Source: Candidatus Zestomicrobium tamdykulense (GTDB taxonomy: Archaea; Thermoproteota; Thermoprotei_A; Sulfolobales; NBVN01). Taken from it: a DNA stretch of 62,047 nucleotides. The notes below the pieces were generated by a model, which was not told the DNA's origin, did no database searches, and saw only the letters and a list, made by a program, of their open reading frames with translations. Below are positions 1-7,269 of this stretch, piece by piece (the first letter of the stretch is position 1; each line of letters begins with the position of its first letter). The DNA is taken from assembly GCA_039889305.1 (NCBI GenBank), contig JAVVFV010000006.1:1-62047 (forward strand), given 5' to 3'. The translations under genes and the position numbers were made by a program.

Positions 1-114
1 TCTCAAAAACATGGATGGAAACCCGAATTAGTTTCAGCAGTAACAGCAGTACTAACTCTACTCAACCTACTATGCCTAACAATACTTGGCACAATAATCA
101 TTCGCATTCCCTAA
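1..114 (+). CDS. C-terminal end of a membrane protein (partial, runs off window start)
   Basis: Frame 1 is open from base 1: SQKHGWKPELVSAVTAVLTLLNLLCLTILGTIIIRIP, then TAA at 112-114; one hydrophobic helix. Confidence 0.55.
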   Translation, partial: SQKHGWKPELVSAVTAVLTLLNLLCLTILGTIIIRIP

Positions 115-197
115 CAACAACTCCTCACTAGTGCTGGAGCTAATAGAGACCTAACACACAAAATTCTTATTAACGACTAACATTCATATAATTATTG

Positions 198-285
198 GCG
201 GGGGTGCCCGAGCCAGGTCAAAGGGGTCAGGCTGAGGCCCTGATGGCGTAGGCCTGCGTGGGTTCAAATCCCACCCCCCGCACCA
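198..285 (+). tRNA. tRNA-Leu(GAG)
   Basis: GCGGGGG...CCCCCGC-A-CCA acceptor stem, anticodon arm TCAGG-CTGAGGC-CCTGA, long variable arm, GGTTCAAATCC T arm; CCA encoded; TATA-like TTATTAA upstream. Confidence 0.97.
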
Positions 286-393
286 GAAATTACTACTATT
301 TCTAAGACTCTAATCCTGGTAGGTAAGTTCTAGTCATACCAAGCTATAAAACGTATTTATTTATTGATGAATTCCTAAATAATTGGTGATGAT

Positions 394-1050
394 ATGTCTC
401 ACACGACAACTCAGCCTAAAGTCAATATTATTAACGCACTTCAAAAGATGCAGCACACAGCAATATTATTTGTAGTTGCTTATGTAATCTCACAAATTAG
501 GATTCAGATTAGGGCTCCTCCTTTCCCCTACCCTGACTGGTTTGAGCAGATTCTCCCACTAGTTGGTGTTGGGGTTGTATTAACGGTGTTTGTGGCTATT
601 ATACTGCTTATAGGGCTTTACGCTATGTTTATTCCTGGATTAAGTGATTTAGCTCAAGTTAACACTGAATTTTCAGGATCTCTGCTACTTATCAAGATAG
701 GGTATTTGTTTGGTTTAGTACTCTTTATAATAGGCTCAATAATGATGGGCATAATACTAGCTCAGCTCACCTCTATAGACGTAGTGGTTCTGATTATTGC
801 GGGGTACGTATGTCTTGCTAGCTTAATACTCATATTTGTGGGTGATATCGGGGTGTGTATTTTGTGTTATAAGCTTAACAGCCTATACGGGGGCGTGTTA
901 TACGTAATTGCAATCTTATTAATCATATTAGGCACTCCATTCACAATACTAAAGATTCCTGCATGGTTACTAGTCTTCGCAGCTCTTCAAGACACAATCA
1001 AAAAACTACAAACCTCAACAACTCAAGGATTTACTCAAGGTCTGAGTTAG
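394..1050 (+). CDS. multi-pass membrane protein (DUF973-like)
   Basis: About 5-6 hydrophobic helices; GGTGA RBS; resembles the crenarchaeal DUF973 pattern. Confidence 0.55.
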   Translation: MSHTTTQPKVNIINALQKMQHTAILFVVAYVISQIRIQIRAPPFPYPDWFEQILPLVGVGVVLTVFVAIILLIGLYAMFIPGLSDLAQVNTEFSGSLLLIKIGYLFGLVLFIIGSIMMGIILAQLTSIDVVVLIIAGYVCLASLILIFVGDIGVCILCYKLNSLYGGVLYVIAILLIILGTPFTILKIPAWLLVFAALQDTIKKLQTSTTQGFTQGLS

Positions 1051-1218
1051 TAAGTATCATTAAGATTCACTTAATTGATTTAGTATTTCGGTAACGGGAT
1101 GTGGAGGAAATATAGAAGCTATGTTTTGTTAGTTGTTTGTGTTTCTCGATAAGAGATCAGGTTTTGGTATTAGCTATAGTTTTAAGCTTAAGCTTAGTAA
1201 TATTTGTTGGTGGTTTAA

Positions 1219-2034
1219 GTGCTTGTTAAGCCTCCTGTTACGGTTGATGTAGGTATTATTGGTGGGAGCGGCTTATACGACCCCGGAATGTTTAAGGAGA
1301 CTAAGGAGTTTAAGATTTATACTCCTTACGGGCCTCCCTCCGATAACGTTTTGGTTGGTTCTTATGATGGTAGGTTGGTTGCGTTCATTCCTAGGCATGG
1401 TAGGGGCCATAAAATACCTCCTCACAAAATTAATTATCGAGCTAATATATGGGCTCTTAAGTCGTTAGGCGTTAAGTGGGTTGTAGCTGTTTCTGCTGTG
1501 GGGTCTTTACGTGAGGACTACATGCCTGGAGATCTCGTGGTTCCTGATCAATTCATAGACATGACTAAGAAGAGAACTTACAGCTTCTTTGACGGCTCCT
1601 TAGTAGGGCATGTTAGTATGGCTGACCCCTTCTGCCCTACCTTAAGGAAGTTAATAATTGAGGTAGGTAGTTCTCTAAACATAAGGATACATCCTAGAGG
1701 TACTTACGTCTGTATTGAGGGGCCCAGATTCTCAACGAGGGCTGAGTCGAGAGTGTGGAAAGAAGTTTTTAAGGCTGACATTATCGGCATGACGTTAGTG
1801 CCTGAGGTGAATCTAGCTAGGGAGGCTGAGATGCATTACGCGTCCATAGCACTAATTACTGATTACGATGTGTGGGCTGAGAAACCAGTAACTGCTGAGG
1901 AAGTGGCTAGAGTTATGGCGGAGAATGTTGAGAAAGCTAAGAAGATACTCGCGAGTCTCATACCTAAGATACCTAAGCCTGGAGAAGCGGTGGGGTGCTG
2001 GTGCGAGAAGAGCTTGAGAGACGCTCTAATCTAG
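1219..2034 (+). CDS. mtnP: 5'-methylthioadenosine phosphorylase
   Basis: [39 protein letters not shown] and TDYD motifs. Confidence 0.95.
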   Translation: MLVKPPVTVDVGIIGGSGLYDPGMFKETKEFKIYTPYGPPSDNVLVGSYDGRLVAFIPRHGRGHKIPPHKINYRANIWALKSLGVKWVVAVSAVGSLREDYMPGDLVVPDQFIDMTKKRTYSFFDGSLVGHVSMADPFCPTLRKLIIEVGSSLNIRIHPRGTYVCIEGPRFSTRAESRVWKEVFKADIIGMTLVPEVNLAREAEMHYASIALITDYDVWAEKPVTAEEVARVMAENVEKAKKILASLIPKIPKPGEAVGCWCEKSLRDALI

Positions 2035-2900
2035 TAGAGACTCTAGCGAAGAAGTTAGGTAGGGATAGGATTCAGGAATTAAGGAGTAGGTCCCTCACGA
2101 TAGCTGACTTCATCAGGAGTTCTGGTAAGGTCATAACAACTACCTCAGATTTTTATGAGTCACCTGCTAGGTATGCCTCAATAGTTTTTTCCTCACTAAC
2201 TGATAGGGATGTTAGGTACGTGGATCCTCAGGACCTAATGTACTATATAGCTCCCTACGACGAAAGCAGGGAATCCAGCATCATTATCTACTCATCTAAC
2301 GAAGGACTACATAATCTCAGATTACTCATTGATCAGCTTTTATGGACTAATCATAGAGTATTAGTCATCACTCAGAGCAGACTTAGTGAGGATCTTGAGT
2401 ATAGGTTAAGCAGCAGCACAGTAATTAATATCGATACAGATGAGTGGTTACTGCATACACACATAATCACGTCGCTGACTGCGGGGGAGTTAGCTTCTAG
2501 TGACTCCATACGTAGAGCCAGAATAATTAAGGAGTTGAGTCTCCTGGATATAGCTGTTTTGGAAGACTTACTTCAAACATACGATAAGGTATTAAAGGAG
2601 TTAAGGAAGTTCATAGCAGACCCCTTCATAACTACAGCCAGCCCCTCTATGTGGGGGGTTGCTGAGGAACTAGCTTACAGGTACTCACCTAATACTTACT
2701 TAGTTCGTCCTGAAGCTATATCTAAGCACGTATCCAGGGTTAAGAGAGTCTTAATAATATCTACTGAGGTCGAGGAATACTCCTTAAAACCTGTGAGAGG
2801 ATTATCACTTACTCAAGGTGTTGAGGTATTCCCTCTAAGTCTTAGAACAGATCCCCTCACTTCACCTATCTACGGGTTACTACTAATTAAGTTCTTATGA
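1995..2900 (+). CDS. hypothetical protein, degenerate double SIS (sugar isomerase)-like fold
   Basis: Alpha/beta pattern like GlmS/PGI-PMI SIS domains (IIIYSS, VLVITQ) without clear catalytic motifs; operonic with mtnP. Confidence 0.45.
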   Translation: MLVREELERRSNLVETLAKKLGRDRIQELRSRSLTIADFIRSSGKVITTTSDFYESPARYASIVFSSLTDRDVRYVDPQDLMYYIAPYDESRESSIIIYSSNEGLHNLRLLIDQLLWTNHRVLVITQSRLSEDLEYRLSSSTVINIDTDEWLLHTHIITSLTAGELASSDSIRRARIIKELSLLDIAVLEDLLQTYDKVLKELRKFIADPFITTASPSMWGVAEELAYRYSPNTYLVRPEAISKHVSRVKRVLIISTEVEEYSLKPVRGLSLTQGVEVFPLSLRTDPLTSPIYGLLLIKFL

Positions 2901-2910
2901 GGTTTTCGAG

Positions 2911-3627
2911 TTGCGGAAATTACTTGTTATTGGTGCTTCAGGGAAGTTAGTTAGGTATGTTGTGTTCTCACTAATCAGGGATTATGAACTCTTTCTTCAG
3001 TGTAATAAGAGATGCATAGAGCTTGCAGAGTTCTTGAGGAGTGCAGGATTTGATGTTAGTAGTGCTAATATACATTTGATAAGGCATGACTTCATTGAGG
3101 AAGGTGTTGAGAGCTTATCTAGGAAGTTGAGTGTCTTGACGAGTGTTTTAGATGCTTCCATACTTATTGAGCCGGTATTTAATCAAGTTCCTCTAAAAGA
3201 GTTGAGGGAGGAATTAATCAAGAATGTAGTCTACACTAATTTAGTAGTGCCGCTAACACTGATTAAGGTATTGTCTTCCTTCATGATTAGCGAACCCTCT
3301 GTGATAATCATTCTAACAGATTTAACACCCATAAGGGGTTCGAAGATTTATGAAGGATTGAATCCCTCACTACCTGTAGTAGCTTCCTCAGCAGCTCTCC
3401 ACACGATAATTAAGGAAGCTCCTCACTACCTACCCAGTAATATTAGGGTTTTCGGTGTTGCTCTTGACTGGGTTAGTGTGCCTTCTAAGAAGCTACCTCC
3501 ATCAGCAATCTCGAGAGCTATGAGTGTGGGTGAGGTAGCGAACTTCATAAAAGAATTACTAAGTAATCCCTTGAGATTCCCTTCCGGAACATTAATAGAG
3601 TTAAGTCGTTGGAGAAGAAACCCGTGA
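2911..3627 (+). CDS. SDR-family Rossmann protein, divergent
   Basis: LVIGASGKL nucleotide-binding start and an NL..PL..K helix; the YxxxK motif is replaced by VVASSAAL. Confidence 0.6.
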   Translation: MRKLLVIGASGKLVRYVVFSLIRDYELFLQCNKRCIELAEFLRSAGFDVSSANIHLIRHDFIEEGVESLSRKLSVLTSVLDASILIEPVFNQVPLKELREELIKNVVYTNLVVPLTLIKVLSSFMISEPSVIIILTDLTPIRGSKIYEGLNPSLPVVASSAALHTIIKEAPHYLPSNIRVFGVALDWVSVPSKKLPPSAISRAMSVGEVANFIKELLSNPLRFPSGTLIELSRWRRNP

Positions 3628-3682
3628 TTCAGGCGCGGGTTCTCATATCATTTACTCAACCCTTGTAAGCTTCATCATCAAG
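3626..3682 (-). ncRNA. box C/D guide sRNA
   Basis: Minus strand reads ATGATGA (C, 3678-3672), AGCTTACAAGGG, TTGA (D'), ATGATA (C'), TGAGAACCCGCGC, CTGA (D, 3632-3629); canonical size and spacing. Confidence 0.85.
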
Positions 3683-3802
3683 TAATACTTACTTATCTGA
3701 CTTAAATGTTTTGTAATCTTTTATTTTATGTGAGGAGTGATTCGTCAGGTTAGATAGTAATCACTTACGCTGTGGTGTAGGAAGCAAGGTAGAGGAAGGG
3801 TT

Positions 3803-4564
3803 GTGGAGATGGAGTTGCTGCCTGGGGTTGAGATCGCTGGTGTGTCTCCTGCTCTATACATAAGAAAGTACAGAACGTTAGTTATAGCAGATACCCACAT
3901 AGGCTACGAAGACGAGCTTGCTTCGAGAGGTATCTTCATACCTCGTTTTCAGTTAAGGAAGGCTCTAGACTTGCTTGAGAAGCTCCTCAGTGATTATCTA
4001 GTGAGTAAGTTAGTTGTGGCCGGAGATCTTAAGCACAGCTTCGATAAGATAGGAGTAAGTGAGAAGAGAGAATTAACGAGGTTTTTCTCATACATCATTC
4101 CTAAGGTTGAGGAAGTCATCGTGATTAGGGGGAATCACGACAACTACCTCCCACTACTAAAGAAGAAGTTCGGGTTCTTGTTTGAGGAGTACGTGGTTTT
4201 GGGGGAATACCTAATAATTCACGGTCATAAACAGATCCCTGAGGACGTGGGTACTGAGTGGAAGTACCTTATCTTAGGACATGAACACCCAAGCATTGTT
4301 TTAAGGGACAGTGTTGGTAGGTTAGGTAAGTTCTCCTGCTTCATAGTTGGTGAGATAAGTAACTTAAGTAAGACCTTCATAGTATTGCCAGCTACCGGAG
4401 CTTACCAAACAGGATCAAAAATAACCTTAAGTAAGGAAACCTACATATCTCCTGTGTTAAGAGAAAACGCATCGATACCTGACTTGAAACCAGTAATAGT
4501 TGATGAGGAGGTAGGGGTTTTCGAGCTACCCCCATTAAAGGATCTTGCTGAATACCTCTACTAA
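3803..4564 (+). CDS. calcineurin-like metallophosphoesterase
   Basis: ADTHIG, AGDLKH, RGNHD, HGH and GHEHP motifs. Confidence 0.9.
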   Translation: MEMELLPGVEIAGVSPALYIRKYRTLVIADTHIGYEDELASRGIFIPRFQLRKALDLLEKLLSDYLVSKLVVAGDLKHSFDKIGVSEKRELTRFFSYIIPKVEEVIVIRGNHDNYLPLLKKKFGFLFEEYVVLGEYLIIHGHKQIPEDVGTEWKYLILGHEHPSIVLRDSVGRLGKFSCFIVGEISNLSKTFIVLPATGAYQTGSKITLSKETYISPVLRENASIPDLKPVIVDEEVGVFELPPLKDLAEYLY

Positions 4565-4644
4565 TTTTCCAGCAAACGTCATGAAACAGGAGAACGCGGC
4601 TAGAATCACTATTTATAAAGCTTAAATATGTCTTTAATTATTGG

Positions 4645-5223
4645 GTGCTTAAAGTGGAGATTAGAACTATTATCAGAATCGAGAATATTGTGGCTACTGC
4701 AACACTCGATCAGAACCTTGATTTAGGTGCGGTAGCTAGGACGGTATCGAACGTAGAGTACGATCCTGAAGAGTTTCCTGGACTTATCTACAGGCTCGGC
4801 AAGCCTAGGTTAACCGCCTTAATATTTAACTCAGGCAAAATGGTGATTACTGGAGCTAAAAGCAAGAATCAGCTGATTGACGGGTTCAAGAAAATAATTA
4901 GGGCTTTCGTTAGGCACGGCATAATAATAGTTGGGAAACCCAGGATACAGATACAAAACATAGTTGCTTCAGCTAGTCTAGGTGTTGAGGTAGACCTAGA
5001 GAAAGCAGCTTTGATGCTGCCTAACGTGATGTATGAGCCGGAGCAGTTCCCGGGCTTAATCCACAGAATGGATGACCCGAAAGTAGTTCTCCTTATATTC
5101 AGTAGTGGTAAGATGGTGATTACTGGAGCTAAGGACGAGGACGAAGTTAATACCGCAGTAAACAAAATATTTGAGAGGCTTAAAGAACTTAAATGTGTTA
5201 GGGAGATCCCATCCACTCTATAG
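4645..5223 (+). CDS. tbp: TATA-box binding protein
   Basis: Two TBP repeats: [32 protein letters not shown], [14 protein letters not shown]. Confidence 0.98.
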   Translation: MLKVEIRTIIRIENIVATATLDQNLDLGAVARTVSNVEYDPEEFPGLIYRLGKPRLTALIFNSGKMVITGAKSKNQLIDGFKKIIRAFVRHGIIIVGKPRIQIQNIVASASLGVEVDLEKAALMLPNVMYEPEQFPGLIHRMDDPKVVLLIFSSGKMVITGAKDEDEVNTAVNKIFERLKELKCVREIPSTL

Positions 5224-5333
5224 CTTAATTCTCTTAACTGAAATCCACACTAAATCAAACTAATAAGCAACTACTATACTGGGACTTAAGTAAGTATCAG
5301 GTAGATTACATTCAGGCTTTACTTTACAAGAAT

Positions 5334-5396
5334 TAATCAGAGTGAACTGCGGTCTTCATCCCCGACAGAGTCTTAGGCTGCCCACCTCATCATCTA
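5334..5396 (-). ncRNA. box C/D guide sRNA
   Basis: Minus strand reads ATGATGA (C, 5393-5387), GGTGGGCAGC, CTAA (D'), a small GAC-TCT-GTC hairpin, ATGAAGA (C'), CCGCAGTTCACT, CTGA (D, 5340-5337). Confidence 0.8.
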
Positions 5397-5419
5397 TGAA
5401 ATATAGTTTCTGAGCCTAT

Positions 5420-5603
5420 TAAGTGGTCACCGGCTTCCCCCTCAAGACACACTCACTGTTCGTGGGTTCATTGGGGGCTCCATCGGCGGGCACCACAGGG
5501 ACCGCCTTGTGGGTGTTTCTACGGGGCGCTATGAATAGTGCCCCGCCTCTGATGGTTATACAGTCATTGAGGCGGGAGTATAGGGTTAGGGTGACTACAC
5601 CAC
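5420..5603 (-). ncRNA. unidentified structured ncRNA with K-turn (possibly IS200/IS605 omegaRNA-like or H/ACA-like)
   Basis: GC-rich island in an AT-rich intergenic region; TATA about 25 nt upstream; 5' GTCACC pairs with 3' GGTGAC; three hairpins plus a CCCCC-AAT-GA...GA-GGGGG kink-turn. Confidence 0.6.
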
Positions 5604-5618
5604 TAATACCTAAAAAGC

Positions 5619-5640
5619 CAAAAAGCTTAAAAGCTTTTAC
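5619..5640. promoter_or_regulatory. near-palindromic bidirectional BRE/TATA element
   Basis: AAAAGCTTAAAAGCTTTTA reads as purine-rich BRE plus TATA on both strands; lies between the ncRNA (minus) and dppD (plus). Confidence 0.5.
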
Positions 5641-5670
5641 TTAGCATACAGTCTCACACTAAAATTTAAA

Positions 5671-6672
5671 TTGGTTGCTGTGAGTTTTTCTAGGTGTGTA
5701 ATGGTGAGTTCCTCGAGAACTGTGCTGGAAGTTAATAATCTGAAGGTTTATTACCGTACTCTAGCAGGTATAGTGAGAGCTGTTGATGACGTATCTTTAA
5801 GCGTTAATGAGAGTGAGGTTCTAGGTTTAGCTGGTGAGTCTGGGTGTGGTAAGTCTACCTTAGGTTACGCTTTGCTCAGGTTAGTTCCCCCGCCAGGCAG
5901 GATTGAGGATGGCAGGGTAGTTATTGATGGTATAGAGATAACCAAACTTAGTGAGAGTGATTTGAGGAAGGTTAGGTGGAATAAGGTCAGCATGATATTC
6001 CAGAGTGCTATGAATATCCTAAACCCAGTATATACTGTTGAGAAACAATTAACAGAAGTTCTCACAGTACATAGGGGCATGAGTACGGAAGCAGCTACTA
6101 AGGTAGTTGCTGATGCACTTAGGCAGGTAGGTTTAAACCCTGAAATAATGAAGAGGTACCCACACGAGTTGAGTGGTGGCATGAAGCAGAGAGTCGTTAT
6201 AGCGATGGCTCTACTACTCAAGCCTAAGTTAGTCATAGCTGATGAACCCACCACAGCTTTAGATGTTGTTATTCAGGCACAGATAATGAACCTACTAAAG
6301 AAAATCAAGCTAGAAGAAAAAACCTCAATGATTTTCATAAGTCACGATCTCAGCCTAATAGCTGAGATCTCGGACAGGATAGCGATTATGTACGCAGGCA
6401 AAATAGTTGAGGCAGGACCTTCAGAAGAAATATTCAGCAATCCTCAACACCCCTATACGCAGGGACTACTGAAGAGCATACCGCGTTTAAGATCTAAAGA
6501 AAAAATAACGTGGATTCCGGGAGTTCCCCCAGATCTTAGGAGGCCTCCACTAGGTTGTAGGTTTAACCCTAGATGCCCGTACGTGATGGATGTGTGTAGG
6601 CGTGAAGAACCCCCAATGATAAGATTAGGCGAGAATCACTACGTTTCTTGCTGGCTACATGCGAAGAGTTAA
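5671..6672 (+). CDS. dppD: dipeptide/oligopeptide ABC transporter ATPase (DppD/OppD)
   Basis: GESGCGKS, YPHELSGGMKQR, ADEPTTALD, and C-terminal GCRFNPRCP; start probably at ATG 5701. Confidence 0.93.
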   Translation: MVAVSFSRCVMVSSSRTVLEVNNLKVYYRTLAGIVRAVDDVSLSVNESEVLGLAGESGCGKSTLGYALLRLVPPPGRIEDGRVVIDGIEITKLSESDLRKVRWNKVSMIFQSAMNILNPVYTVEKQLTEVLTVHRGMSTEAATKVVADALRQVGLNPEIMKRYPHELSGGMKQRVVIAMALLLKPKLVIADEPTTALDVVIQAQIMNLLKKIKLEEKTSMIFISHDLSLIAEISDRIAIMYAGKIVEAGPSEEIFSNPQHPYTQGLLKSIPRLRSKEKITWIPGVPPDLRRPPLGCRFNPRCPYVMDVCRREEPPMIRLGENHYVSCWLHAKS

Positions 6673-6681
6673 AAACCCTAA

Positions 6682-7242
6682 TTACCCAGTACGTTTCTCA
6701 CCCTTAAGACTTTTTCTGAAGACTCGCTCAATATGTGTGAGTGTCGTGTGAAATATTATGACCATCCCGCAAATCCATGAAACCAACGTAGGTAGTAGTA
6801 GGTAGGATCTTTGAGTAATCAGTAACGCGCTCAAGCAAACCGATAAGCCTGTATCCCCGTAGGGAATTACGTGAACGTAGAAGTAGGTAAAATTACCTAT
6901 GAAGTAGGTGAACGTAGACATCACCACCGCATACCTAGGCTCTCTATCATTGACGCCGTAAGTCACGTTAAGTACTACTTCATTATCGCTCCTAATACTT
7001 AAGGAAATATTACTTAAACTTGCCGGGAGTGTGTAGTTACCCCAATATATTAGTAAACCCTCAAAAGCTCTCAAGGAATACCCACGACACTGCCTAAAAT
7101 CTCTTACTTCAGGTATCATTAACATAGTACTCAAGAATAGAGAAACTACCAGAAATAACACACCTACTAAAACCAGTATTCTCGTATTCATTCTCAGGCT
7201 ACCATCACAGATAGCGAGACGTAAAAGTTTATAAATGTTCAT
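6682..7242 (-). CDS. hypothetical membrane protein (two TM helices around a beta-rich domain)
   Basis: N- and C-terminal hydrophobic segments; start probably at MNTRIL. Confidence 0.55.
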   Translation of the reverse strand: MNIYKLLRLAICDGSLRMNTRILVLVGVLFLVVSLFLSTMLMIPEVRDFRQCRGYSLRAFEGLLIYWGNYTLPASLSNISLSIRSDNEVVLNVTYGVNDREPRYAVVMSTFTYFIGNFTYFYVHVIPYGDTGLSVCLSALLITQRSYLLLPTLVSWICGMVIIFHTTLTHIERVFRKSLKGEKRTG

Positions 7243-7269
7243 TCAGTAGATTTATAATGAGGTGACTAT

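Noticed and set aside
5420-5603. RNase P RNA or SRP RNA
   Set aside because: No GAGGAAA(G/C)UCC P4 strand and no SRP helix-8 motif. GAAGCCGG and UGUAG are only short partial resemblances.
5423-5644. 73-aa plus-strand ORF
   Set aside because: Antisense to the structured RNA, no RBS, atypical composition.
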